Virus record (IMG/VR): IMGVR_UViG_3300037483_000719
Location: 1 to 35,093 of that record
Direction: 5' to 3' (one strand)
Source: a virus
Lineage: Duplodnaviria; Caudoviricetes
Length of the DNA stretch: 35,093 nt
Part shown: piece by piece, positions 1-8,686 of the stretch
Layout of the letters: each line of letters begins with the position of its first letter
How positions within the stretch are numbered: the first letter of the stretch is position 1
Position numbers and translations under genes: made by a program
The notes under the pieces: generated by a model
Database searches by the model: none
The model's input: the letters and a program-made list of their open reading frames with translations, nothing else
What the model was told of the DNA's origin: nothing

Positions 1-2
1 GG

Positions 3-569
3 GGCGGATTATGGACGTATTTCTATCATGGTCGCTGGCGCAGCATAGGCGATGGTACTGATGAGCTGGTAATCCCCGAGTCAATGCCCTGGCTGGAGGC
101 TGTGCGACGGGCCAATGTGTCACCCTACGCGGACGTAGGGGACGTGATGTGGATCCGTGAGCCTGCGGTGATTGAGGAGGCTCTTGAGTATAAAGGCACA
201 TGTTCGTTTGTCCGCCTGAAGTATTTGGCGGATGGTTATGTGAGCGAGCTGATACCGTATCCCGATCGGTTGAAATGGATGCCCAGGGTGGGCTATGGTG
301 TGCCCAACGGTGTGTTCAAAGAGGGTGCCAGGGCCTTTGTGCGTGTCAAGCGGGTATGGTGGGAGCTTCTGAATGATATTTCAAATGCAGATATTCTAGA
401 TGAGGGCACGATCCCGTATGAGTCCGATCGTGACTATACTGGGCAAGAATGTGTTGGTTTTTATGACTGCTATGAGGTGGCGTTTCATGACCTGTGGGAT
501 TCGGTCTATCCGGATCGACCCTGGGCCCAGAATCCTCCGGTCTGTGCGTGTCAGTTTGAGGTGATCTAG
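3..569 (+). CDS. Phage protein, ASCH/PUA-like family (5'-partial)
   Basis: Frame is open from base 3 to the ATG at 84, so the gene probably starts before the window. Motifs 'PYADVGDVMWIRE', 'ARAFVRVKRVWWELLNDISNADILDEG' and C-terminal 'FHDLWDSVY..PWAQNPPV..FEVI' match a common phage ASCH-like family. Confidence 0.65.
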   Translation, partial: GGLWTYFYHGRWRSIGDGTDELVIPESMPWLEAVRRANVSPYADVGDVMWIREPAVIEEALEYKGTCSFVRLKYLADGYVSELIPYPDRLKWMPRVGYGVPNGVFKEGARAFVRVKRVWWELLNDISNADILDEGTIPYESDRDYTGQECVGFYDCYEVAFHDLWDSVYPDRPWAQNPPVCACQFEVI

Positions 570-570
570 T

Positions 571-894
571 ATGGTTGAATATAACAAACAAGATGACAAA
601 CAGGCAGCCAAAGTGATCCCGGTAGAGCCTGACCAGGGCCAGACCTTTGGCGGTGTCTCTGAAGAGGTGGCTTATGAGGTCTCACAGAAGCTGATCCGCC
701 TGCGCCTGCGAGAGGTTGAAGATGTGTTCAGATCCCTATCTTTGAAGCTGGCGGATCGCAAAACCCTTTATTCGATCGGCATTCAAATGGGCGTATTGTT
801 GGCCATTGATGCCGTCACAGCCGGCCAATTGGAAATCAGGCAAATAAAACGAACAGAAGGGACTCCCACGGATGGCGATGATTCTAGCGATTAG
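571..894 (+). CDS. Hypothetical protein
   Basis: 107-aa ORF tightly packed between its neighbours on the same strand. Confidence 0.6.
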   Translation: MVEYNKQDDKQAAKVIPVEPDQGQTFGGVSEEVAYEVSQKLIRLRLREVEDVFRSLSLKLADRKTLYSIGIQMGVLLAIDAVTAGQLEIRQIKRTEGTPTDGDDSSD

Positions 895-2383
895 CGACTG
901 GAGATCGGTCTATGAACTGCCTGAAAATAGCGGGTATTGCCGTTTCGGCCCTCTGGCCTTCACGAAGATGCTGATCGATCCGACGAACCAACTGGAGCAG
1001 GCCCATCTAAATCGACTGAACCGGTTGAAGCGATTGCCCAATTATTACGAGCTGAGGGGCAAGTACGATGCCATGGTCACCTGGGCGGGGAACTTCCCTC
1101 GCAGTCACAGGGGGTACCTGTGGTGTGATCCTCCTCAGATCAGCCAGACACGCCCCGCTGAGGCCGTGGACATCTCAATTGAGCTGGGCATACCCATGGA
1201 CCAGTTGACTGCCGATCTGGATATCCTCCAGCGTGTGGGCCTGATTGCGTGGGTTGACGCACCAGTGGTGGACCTGAGCCTTAATCAGGACGTGCGTGGG
1301 ACTCGCCGGCGCAGAACGGCCAGTCCCGCTAAGCCTAATACGACAGAGGCGCGCACGCGCGCACCGTCAAATAAGCCTAATACGGATGTGCGCGCGTGCG
1401 CGCCTGTTACGCGCGAAACAGTAAACAGAGAAACAGTAAACAGCGGAACAGCGGAACAGGGAACAGCGGAACAGAAAAACAGAAAAACAGCGGAACAGCG
1501 GAACGCGCGAGCCCCCGCTGGCTGGCCCGCTGGTATCCCGCTGGATGCCTTCGACTGCCAACAGCCCAAACAGCCAACAGCGAACAGCCCAAACGCTCCG
1601 AACGGCCTAACGGCCGAACAGGAAACGGCCAAACAGCCGAACAGGAAACAGCCAACGGCGAACAGCCCAAACGCTCCGAACAGGCCTAACGGCCTAACAG
1701 CCGAACAGCCAACAGCAAACGCTGTCGCCCCTTCGTGGGTGCCTTTGGGCTCAGTGGTTATGTCGTTTCCGTATGAGCTGGACTGCTACGATCCGAACTG
1801 CCTGAACAGCCCAAACGCTAAACCCGTGAAGGCCGAACGGATCACAGCCAACAGCCAGGGTCCGCCTGGTCCGCCTGGTCCGCCTGGTCCGCCTGGTCCG
1901 AATGGTCCGAATGGTCCGAATGGTCCGAAAGATCCGACTAGATCCGACCTACATCCTGGGGGTGATTTGTCAGCCGGCGAACCTGGCGACGCCCCCCGGG
2001 GTGCAGGCGTTTTCCCACCCAACAACCGGGCCAGGAACCCACCTGACCCGGGCCGGGCGTTGGGTAATTACACGCTCGAAAATTTCGTGCACCGATGGCC
2101 TGCCGAAGCCCTGCTATGGGCGGAAAGGGTATGTGTGACAATGGGCCTGCCCCATGAAATTACGACCCGCCAGGGCCGCACTGAGATGGGGGCCTTTGCG
2201 GCTGCCTGGGTCAAGGTGCAGTCCTCGGGGATGTCGCTAGTTGCCCGTAATCACATGCTGGATAAGAGTTTAGAAGAGGCGAAAGCCATTGCTGGTAAGA
2301 AGAAATCTTATTGCAGATCCGTTGCAGCGGTGTGGACGGACGTGTTTAACAAGCGTCTCGATACGTGCCAGATCAGGGATTGA
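872..2383 (+). CDS. Putative phage replication initiator / replisome organiser with long internal low-complexity repeat linker
   Basis: N-terminus 'ILAISDWRSVYE...RGYL...AVDISIELGIPMDQLTADLDILQRVGLI' resembles a winged-helix phage Rep N-domain. The central repeat-rich linker and helical C-domain resemble lambda O-type initiators. The start may be 878. Confidence 0.5.
   Translation: MAMILAISDWRSVYELPENSGYCRFGPLAFTKMLIDPTNQLEQAHLNRLNRLKRLPNYYELRGKYDAMVTWAGNFPRSHRGYLWCDPPQISQTRPAEAVDISIELGIPMDQLTADLDILQRVGLIAWVDAPVVDLSLNQDVRGTRRRRTASPAKPNTTEARTRAPSNKPNTDVRACAPVTRETVNRETVNSGTAEQGTAEQKNRKTAEQRNARAPAGWPAGIPLDAFDCQQPKQPTANSPNAPNGLTAEQETAKQPNRKQPTANSPNAPNRPNGLTAEQPTANAVAPSWVPLGSVVMSFPYELDCYDPNCLNSPNAKPVKAERITANSQGPPGPPGPPGPPGPNGPNGPNGPKDPTRSDLHPGGDLSAGEPGDAPRGAGVFPPNNRARNPPDPGRALGNYTLENFVHRWPAEALLWAERVCVTMGLPHEITTRQGRTEMGAFAAAWVKVQSSGMSLVARNHMLDKSLEEAKAIAGKKKSYCRSVAAVWTDVFNKRLDTCQIRD
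1415..1725 (+). repeat. A/C-rich, T-poor imperfect tandem repeats (core AAC(A/G)G); candidate iteron/origin region
   Basis: About 15-bp periodicity GAAACAGTAAACAG / GGAACAGCGGAACAG (1415-1505), then duplicated blocks such as AACAGCCAAC(A/G)GCGAACAGCCCAAACGCTCCGAAC. Confidence 0.85.
1859..1930 (+). repeat. 9-bp tandem repeat (GGTCCGCCT)x4 (GGTCCGAAT)x3 GGTCCGAAA encoding GPP/GPN
   Basis: Read directly from the sequence. Confidence 0.95.
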
Positions 2384-2397
2384 CCGATAGAGATACC

Positions 2398-2898
2398 ATG
2401 GGTCGAAGATCGAAATATTTACAGGAATACGACGGCATTGCAGAGCGTGCGTGTGAGCAGTTCGGCGCCACAGACGCCCAATTATCCGAGATGCTGAACG
2501 TCACGGAAAAGACGCTTAACAACTGGAAATGTGAGCACGAATCGTTTTTACAGTCCATAAAACGGGGCAAGTCTCAGTTTGACCAGGGCGCTGTCGAACA
2601 AGCTTTGCATGATGGGGCTACTGGGTACTTTTTCCCCCAACAGCTCTACGACAGTGCCAAAGGCAAGGTGATCACGCTCTGGCAGTTCAAGCATGCCGAG
2701 ACGGCCAAGATCGCCTTGTGGCTGTGCAATCGAGACCGCGAACGCTGGCAGCACGTCCAGGGCCGGGCTAAGCAGGTGGACTCCAAGGTGGTCGAACCTC
2801 ACGAGGAGATCTTGTCTCCTGAAGCGGCCAAGGATTACGACGACCTGGCTGAGGCGATCCTCAGTCGAAAATACGGCCTGGCAAGGAGGTCCGGATAG
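2398..2898 (+). CDS. terS: Terminase small subunit (HTH type)
   Basis: 'MGRRSKY..EY...A...GATDAQLSEMLNVTEKTLNNWK.EHESFLQSIKRGK' is a typical TerS HTH N-terminus. Lies directly upstream of TerL. Confidence 0.85.
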   Translation: MGRRSKYLQEYDGIAERACEQFGATDAQLSEMLNVTEKTLNNWKCEHESFLQSIKRGKSQFDQGAVEQALHDGATGYFFPQQLYDSAKGKVITLWQFKHAETAKIALWLCNRDRERWQHVQGRAKQVDSKVVEPHEEILSPEAAKDYDDLAEAILSRKYGLARRSG

Positions 2899-4526
2899 TG
2901 GTGGATCTGGCGGTCAAGCATCTAAAGCGTGCCACGTCGGTCAATGCGGCGCTGTGGGCTGAGTCCTGCCTCAAACTCAATTCCAGGACAAGATTCTCTT
3001 TTGACAAACACCTCTACCAGATCGAGCCCATGACGATCAAGGCCCCTCGCGTGACCTGGATCAAGTCCACGCAGATGGGGATTACTCATATCATGATCTA
3101 TATGGCCCTTCATGGCCTGCGATTCGAGCATTTCCCGCAGGGTGTGATCTATATGGTCCCCTCGAAGGGCAAGGCCGAGCGAATGAGCAAGAGCCGCATC
3201 TCCACAGCCATCGAGTACAATCCCCTGGCCATTGGCCGGCACTGTAAGAGCACGAACACTGTGCTGCTCAAGCGGATCAAAGACGCCTGGCTGTACGTGC
3301 TCTGGGGCACGCTTAATGTCAGTATCAACGGCATGGAGCGTGAGTCAGAGGCCCTGCGTGGCGACCCGGCTGACTGCGTGTTCTGCGACGAATCAGACCT
3401 GATGGATCAGACCGCGATCGGGAAGGCCCAGGAACGTATGGGGCATTCAGACGTCAAGCGGATCTATGACGTGAGCAATCCGACTGTACCCGGCTATGGT
3501 GTGGATGCGGCATTCGAGGAATCGGATCAGCGACACTGGATGGTCCGGTGTACGGCCTGCAATCACTGGAGCTGTCTGGAGCTGGAGTTTCCGGACTGCG
3601 TGCAGGTGGATGTCAACGGAATCGCCCACCGGGTGTGTATCAAGTGTGGTGGCGTCCTGGATATCGATCAGGCTGAATGGGTGGCAAAGTTCCCGGACAG
3701 GTCTGCGAACCATGTGGGATACTGGATCAGCCAGCTCAATAGTCACTTTGTGGATCCCGGCAAGATACTGTCACACTTTCACAATCCGCCTTTGGGCATG
3801 ACGCTCAGTGATGTGTATCGCCTTGAGCTGGGTCGGGCTCATGTGAGCGCTCAAGAGGCCCTGACCAAGGAAATGGTGCTTTCGTGCTGCCGTGACTATT
3901 ACCCGGTAAACAGGTCTACGTCCTATACGGCCATTGGGATCGACGTGCGGCCCGACTGCCTGGACTTCGTGTGCATTCAGAGGGCCGACAGTCAGGGGGC
4001 TGTGCGTCTCTTGTGCGTCAGGGAATTCGTCGGTAAGACGATGTGGAACGATGCGGCCGAATTGGCCCGCAATCTTAATGCCCAGTGCCAGGTGGTGGAC
4101 GTTCGCCCTGAGACAGGTATGGCCAGGCGGTATGCTGAGCGGGCGTCGGGTGAGGTGTGGCTTTGCGAATACAATGACGCGGCCGGTGGGGTTCATTTCG
4201 ATCAAAAATCGGGTCTGGTCAAGGCCAACCGCACCGAGCTGCTTGATAATACCCATTACCTGGTGGATACGCCGGGCCAACTCACTCTGCCCTATCCCAC
4301 TGACATGATCCAGCAATTTGCCGTAGAAATGACCAACCTGGTCAAGATGAACAAAGAAGATCCCGCCACAGGCAAAATGAAGTCTCTATACATCAAGCGG
4401 GGTCCTGATCACAAGCGTCACGCCCTGGGCTATGCGTTGCTCGCGTCGCTGCGGTGCGGAATCGTCCCGCAAGGTCAAAACGGCCCTGCCCCTGTTACAG
4501 TCAAGAGAGATTATGATATCGATTGA
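2898..4526 (+). CDS. terL: Terminase large subunit, lambda GpA-like family
   Basis: Walker A-like 'KSTQMGIT', Walker B 'VFCDESD', coupling motif 'SNPT', 'SDQRHWMVRCTACNHW...C..CG' zinc ribbon, and nuclease acidic residues in 'IGIDV' and 'PDHKRHA'. Confidence 0.9.
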   Translation: MVDLAVKHLKRATSVNAALWAESCLKLNSRTRFSFDKHLYQIEPMTIKAPRVTWIKSTQMGITHIMIYMALHGLRFEHFPQGVIYMVPSKGKAERMSKSRISTAIEYNPLAIGRHCKSTNTVLLKRIKDAWLYVLWGTLNVSINGMERESEALRGDPADCVFCDESDLMDQTAIGKAQERMGHSDVKRIYDVSNPTVPGYGVDAAFEESDQRHWMVRCTACNHWSCLELEFPDCVQVDVNGIAHRVCIKCGGVLDIDQAEWVAKFPDRSANHVGYWISQLNSHFVDPGKILSHFHNPPLGMTLSDVYRLELGRAHVSAQEALTKEMVLSCCRDYYPVNRSTSYTAIGIDVRPDCLDFVCIQRADSQGAVRLLCVREFVGKTMWNDAAELARNLNAQCQVVDVRPETGMARRYAERASGEVWLCEYNDAAGGVHFDQKSGLVKANRTELLDNTHYLVDTPGQLTLPYPTDMIQQFAVEMTNLVKMNKEDPATGKMKSLYIKRGPDHKRHALGYALLASLRCGIVPQGQNGPAPVTVKRDYDID

Positions 4527-4765
4527 GCCCTCCTATGCTACCTAAACCAGATGACAAACAAGTCGGCCAAGAAAACACAGATACCTGTTTGGATCCTTTC
4601 CAGCCACCAAAACAGCCGGGAACTGACCTTGATTTTAATAATTGTCAGAGCTGTCGGTATTGGCTGCCAGGTCGCGGATTGTGCCCCCTGGCGTATCCAA
4701 AGCCCTGTAATCAGCCCAGGCGCAGATCTGATGCGCAGCCCAAGAGGAACTATGATCCCTACTGA
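4523..4765 (+). CDS. Small hypothetical protein (Cys-containing)
   Basis: 80-aa ORF overlapping the TerL stop, with CxxC...C residues. Confidence 0.35.
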   Translation: MSPPMLPKPDDKQVGQENTDTCLDPFQPPKQPGTDLDFNNCQSCRYWLPGRGLCPLAYPKPCNQPRRRSDAQPKRNYDPY

Positions 4766-4840
4766 TTCAAGTACCAACGGTGGAAATGTGGAAATGTGTC
4801 GATATTAAGAGAAAAACAGTTACAGTTTACGAGGTGTATT

Positions 4841-5233
4841 ATGAGTTGGTTGAGTAAAACATTTAAGGAAGTGGATAGGGTTCTGGATCGTCGCGTGGGT
4901 ATCGATGACGCCGGCACGCGAAAAGCTATTACAGTAGCAGCCGCGACCTTGGCTGGCGGTTTCGCGGGCGGGGCTGTAGGGGGAGCAGCAGGGCTGGCCG
5001 TTAATTCATTCGCTTTAGATACGGCGCTTGTTGGCGGCCTGGCCGCTGCAGGTTCAGGAAAGGAAAACAGTCTCAACAGTCTCAACACCCTTAATCCTGT
5101 GGCCCCCATGAATGCCGACGCTGCAATCCTGGCCTCTGCCACACTGGCCAGCAAGCGGCGACGGACGCCTATGTTCAGCCCCTGGAATACTGCAGGGGAT
5201 AAGACGAAACGGCCGAGGCTTTTGACGGCATAG
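4841..5233 (+). CDS. Small Gly/Ala-rich protein upstream of portal (probable virion protein)
   Basis: GAGGTG RBS before ATG 4841, hydrophobic Gly/Ala stretch and basic C-terminus. The position is typical for this podovirus layout. Confidence 0.6.
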   Translation: MSWLSKTFKEVDRVLDRRVGIDDAGTRKAITVAAATLAGGFAGGAVGGAAGLAVNSFALDTALVGGLAAAGSGKENSLNSLNTLNPVAPMNADAAILASATLASKRRRTPMFSPWNTAGDKTKRPRLLTA

Positions 5234-5242
5234 AGGTAATCC

Positions 5243-6892
5243 ATGGACAGAAAACAGATTGCTCAATATCACTGTACCGTTAACGGTCGATTGGTGGCTG
5301 ATCGCAGTCGGCTGGTGGATAAATGGAATAAGGTCCTCGAATACACCTTTCCCATGAACGCCATTCTGCAAAGTGATCCGTCCATGGCGTCATTCCGCAA
5401 GCTCTTTGACGTAACCGGTATGGAGGCCTCAGAGCGGTTCGTGGCCGGCATGTACAACAACATCAGCCCGCCAGGTCAGAGGACAATGATCCTGGTTCCG
5501 CCTGCAGGATCCAACGAAGCCAAGGACAGGCAGTTTGAGCGGTTCCTTTCGGACAAATCCGAGACCCTTCACGCGGCCTGGGCTGACTCCAATTTCCACA
5601 CAGAGATGGAGCAGACGTATCAGGGGTATTGCGGTATTGGTACGAGCTGTATGAGTGTGCGAAAGAGTAAGAAACGGCCGTTTACCTTTTCGACGCGAAC
5701 GCCTACGGAGTTCACCTTTTCTGTTGATGAAGATCAAGAGATCTCCACAGTGGGCGTGACCATGCGATTCACGGCCCGGGAGGCGGTCAATCGATTCGGA
5801 TTTGACCGCGTAAGCAAGGCCATCCAAGACGCTTATTCCAGTGGCAGCGCAGAGCGAGCCATGGACAAACACCCGTTCCTGAACGTCTCCAGGACCCTTG
5901 ACAGTGATCAGGATTCCCTGAATATTGTCAAGGGCTGGCCTGTCGAATCGCTCTGGATCGATCTGGTCAGTAAGGAAATCGTCGCAGAGGGCGGTAATCG
6001 ATGCCTCAGACAGATCGTGTCCAGGTTCCGGCGTGTGCCTGGTATAAACTGGGGATACGGGCCTGGTCAGAAGTGTTATCCCTGGATCCGGATGGTCAAT
6101 AAGATGCTGGAAATCTTTGTCAAATACGCTGACAAGCAGATGGACCCGCCGTTGATCGCTCCTGACGATGGATCGTTCGGCCCTCTGGTGACTGTACCAG
6201 GTGGTGTGATCTATGCCCGGGCCGGGGCCGGGGATCGGTTCAAACCGGAATATCTCCAATTGACCGGCCGGCATGAGTTGAGCCTTGAGCTGCTCAAGTA
6301 CTACGTCGAAGGCATTGGCAGATCAATGTTCAATGACCTGTTTTCAGCGCTCAATGACGGCAAGGAACGCACGGCCACGGAGTTCATCAATCAATACCAG
6401 TCTCAGCTCAGTCTATTGGCCCCTTCTTTTGGCAGGATCATGCAGGAATTCTTCAGACCTATGAGCAAGGTCTCTCTTGGCCTGTTGGAGGATTGGCAGA
6501 ACAATACCATCGCCGGCCAGTACGCAGGCCAGACCATGCCGGAATTCCCGTATGATCTGGAGATGATCAGCCCGATCGGCCTGGCCATGAAGTGGAATGA
6601 GGTCAAGAACCTGTCAAACTTCTATGCCGTGATGTCGCCGTTTGCAGAGGTGGATCCCCAGGTGTGGGATCATTACAACCTGTCAGAGCTTTCCCTGATG
6701 ATAGGGGAAGCTATGGCCATTCCTTCGAAGATCAGGCGGAGTATTACAGAGGTCAGGGCGATTCAGGAGCGTCGGGCACAAATACAGGCCCAACAGCAGG
6801 AACTGGATGCTCAGCAGCAGCAGGCTGACGTCATTTCGAAACTTAGCAAGGTTCCGCAAGGTCAACCGCAGGGCCAGAGGATGAGTGCATGA
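5243..6892 (+). CDS. Portal / head-to-tail connector (T7 gp8 / BPP-1-like)
   Basis: 549 aa. Motifs 'FDVTGMEASERFVAGM', 'SNFHTEM...GIGTSCM', 'RFRRVPG..WGYGPG', 'DPPLIAPDDG', 'TATE...LAPSFGR' and a Q-rich C-terminus. Confidence 0.9.
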   Translation: MDRKQIAQYHCTVNGRLVADRSRLVDKWNKVLEYTFPMNAILQSDPSMASFRKLFDVTGMEASERFVAGMYNNISPPGQRTMILVPPAGSNEAKDRQFERFLSDKSETLHAAWADSNFHTEMEQTYQGYCGIGTSCMSVRKSKKRPFTFSTRTPTEFTFSVDEDQEISTVGVTMRFTAREAVNRFGFDRVSKAIQDAYSSGSAERAMDKHPFLNVSRTLDSDQDSLNIVKGWPVESLWIDLVSKEIVAEGGNRCLRQIVSRFRRVPGINWGYGPGQKCYPWIRMVNKMLEIFVKYADKQMDPPLIAPDDGSFGPLVTVPGGVIYARAGAGDRFKPEYLQLTGRHELSLELLKYYVEGIGRSMFNDLFSALNDGKERTATEFINQYQSQLSLLAPSFGRIMQEFFRPMSKVSLGLLEDWQNNTIAGQYAGQTMPEFPYDLEMISPIGLAMKWNEVKNLSNFYAVMSPFAEVDPQVWDHYNLSELSLMIGEAMAIPSKIRRSITEVRAIQERRAQIQAQQQELDAQQQQADVISKLSKVPQGQPQGQRMSA

Positions 6893-7170
6893 ACCAGGAA
6901 GAAATAAAGGCGCTGTGCGGAGATCTCAATACAGAGGAGGGCCAGAGAATCCTGGGCAGGATCAAGGGCCTGGTTCTCCACGGTCAGACTGTGGTGGATG
7001 CAGATCGTGTGCACATGACCTATTACCATGCAGGCAGGCAGTCCGTGGCCAATTGGCTGGACAGTGTGATGCGCATGGATCTGATGGAAATGGAACGATT
7101 GGACGCGGCCCGCAAAGAGGTTGAGTCTTTAAAAGAAGTGGATGACTTTTTATACGGAGATCGATCATGA
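6889..7170 (+). CDS. Small conserved protein downstream of portal (Bbp19-like)
   Basis: 'LNTEEGQRIL..I' and 'HMTYYHAGRQSVANWL' match the small protein found between portal and scaffold in BPP-1-like phages. Confidence 0.65.
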   Translation: MNQEEIKALCGDLNTEEGQRILGRIKGLVLHGQTVVDADRVHMTYYHAGRQSVANWLDSVMRMDLMEMERLDAARKEVESLKEVDDFLYGDRS

Positions 7171-7454
7171 AACCCACGGGTTCAAAACCAGTTGAGCAAA
7201 CGCATCAAATTACTGAGCCGGAACTTGGTATTGAAGGAACCGACGCCGGATCACTTGAAGAGGTGATTAGTATGCAGCAGGTCAAAATTGATGAGCTCAA
7301 GCAATGCCTCATCGACCTGGCAGAGATCCCCATCGAGGCGGGTGTGGACGGCTCTCATGTGGAATATGTGCTGAGTCGCGAAGGTCGAAGTAAGACTCTC
7401 ACAACAGGCATGATTCGCAAGGCCAGACTGTTCTGCGGTATGCTCTGGAACTAA
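7167..7454 (+). CDS. Hypothetical protein
   Basis: ATGA overlap with the upstream gene and a GGAG RBS. Confidence 0.6.
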   Translation: MKPTGSKPVEQTHQITEPELGIEGTDAGSLEEVISMQQVKIDELKQCLIDLAEIPIEAGVDGSHVEYVLSREGRSKTLTTGMIRKARLFCGMLWN

Positions 7455-7560
7455 ACGAATTTACGGGAGACGAATATGGATTTGACATGATTCGCAGGGC
7501 CAGACTGCTCTGTGACATGCTCTCGCGCTAAACCAATTTACTGGAGACGATTATGGATTT
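7409..7560 (+). repeat. Imperfect direct tandem duplication (~75 bp, period 77)
   Basis: 7409-7483 and 7486-7560 both read CATGATTCGCA.GGCCAGACTG.TCTG...ATGCTCT....CTAAAC.AATTTAC.GGAGACGA.TATGGATTT, with about 11 mismatches. Confidence 0.9.
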
Positions 7561-8503
7561 AAGACGATTATGTGAGATTTCACCCTTTGCCCGGTTCTTT
7601 GCTGGTGAGGGCACGGGCGGGGAAGGTGGCGATGGCGGCGCAGGCGGCGGGGATGCTGACGGAGGCGGCGGCGCCGGCGGCGGAGGATCCACAGAAATCA
7701 ACTTTCATGAGCTCATTGGTGCAGATGGTTCGATCGCTGAAGGATTTTTTTTAAACGAGAAGATCCCTGAACACATTCGTAACAACCCCACGGTCAAGGC
7801 CACCAAGAATATTATTAGCGGGTTTGACCAACTGGTCAACTCTCAGAAGCTGATAGGCGTGGACAAGATCCCGATGCCGGGCCCCAATGCCCCGAAAGAG
7901 GTGTGGGATCAGGTCTGGTCCAAGCTGGGCAAGCCGGCTGATGTGAAGGGCTATACTCCCTTAAAGGTCGATGGTGCAACGGAGGCGGAAAAAGCATTCG
8001 GTGCGAAGCTGATGGAATCTGCCCTGGCTGCGGACATGACGAAAGGTCAGTGGGATAAGTTCTCAAAACAGTTCTCTGAGGCTGCCCAGGCCCTGGTTCA
8101 GACCGAACAGCAGGCAGCGAAAGAGCAGAAAGTTACGTATGACCAGGCCACGCAAAAGGAATGGCCGGGTCCGGCGTTTGCTGAGAATATGAAGAACGCG
8201 GAGGCTGTCCTGAATTCTTTGTGTAGTCTGGAAGAACAAAAGGCTCTGCGTGAGATCGGACTGCTCGATCATCCGGCTGGCAGGTTCCTGCTCAAGCGGG
8301 TCTTTGACAAGGTCTCCGAGATGGAGCCGGGCGGCGGCCAGGGCGGCGGTTCTCCTACCGGGGCCAGTGTGACTGACGCCAGGGCCGAACTTTCGGCCCT
8401 TTTGACCGACCTTAAGGGACCTCTGCATGTGGCCCATCATCCGGGTCATGCTCAAGCACTTAAACGTGCCGAGCTGTTACGGACGATAATAAGAAAAGGA
8501 TAG
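7553..8503 (+). CDS. Capsid scaffolding (assembly) protein
   Basis: Gly-rich acidic N-terminus, 'QKLIG.DKIPMPG...WDQVWSKLGKP...Y', 'KEW...F.EN..A', 'LLDHP', C-terminal 'HHPGH'. Located before the capsid gene. Confidence 0.85.
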   Translation: MDLRRLCEISPFARFFAGEGTGGEGGDGGAGGGDADGGGGAGGGGSTEINFHELIGADGSIAEGFFLNEKIPEHIRNNPTVKATKNIISGFDQLVNSQKLIGVDKIPMPGPNAPKEVWDQVWSKLGKPADVKGYTPLKVDGATEAEKAFGAKLMESALAADMTKGQWDKFSKQFSEAAQALVQTEQQAAKEQKVTYDQATQKEWPGPAFAENMKNAEAVLNSLCSLEEQKALREIGLLDHPAGRFLLKRVFDKVSEMEPGGGQGGGSPTGASVTDARAELSALLTDLKGPLHVAHHPGHAQALKRAELLRTIIRKG

Positions 8504-8686
8504 ACGGGTAGTCCTTAGCGGGATCCGTGGATGAAGTGCAAGTGTTTCAGGTAGTCCCTTTTGGGATCTGTGCTCTGTCCGAAAGCAGGACCGTCGTGGC
8601 CAGCGCGTGGCCACTTGCGGGTCCAACGTAGTTGGGTAGCCCTTTTAGTTGATCGGAAAATTAACTTGACTTGAAAGGGTACTCGC
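8504..8686 (+). promoter_or_regulatory. Structured 5' leader of the capsid gene with three GGTAG-bulged hairpins
   Basis: ACGGG-TAG-TCC..GGA-TCCGT (8504-8528); CAGG-TAG-TCCC..GGGA-TCTG (8548-8570); GGGTAGCCCTTT (8634-8645) pairs with AAAGGGTACTC (8674-8684), covering the capsid RBS. Confidence 0.6.

Noticed and set aside
1415-1930. Possible CRISPR array or true collagen gene
   Set aside because: There are no constant repeats with unique spacers. The G-P-P/G-P-N run is only 8 triplets arising from a 9-bp DNA repeat inside a non-structural gene.
7409-7560. Possible diversity-generating retroelement TR/VR pair (BPP-1-like phage context)
   Set aside because: Mismatches are not confined to adenines, the copies are adjacent and span an intergenic junction, and no reverse transcriptase is in the window.
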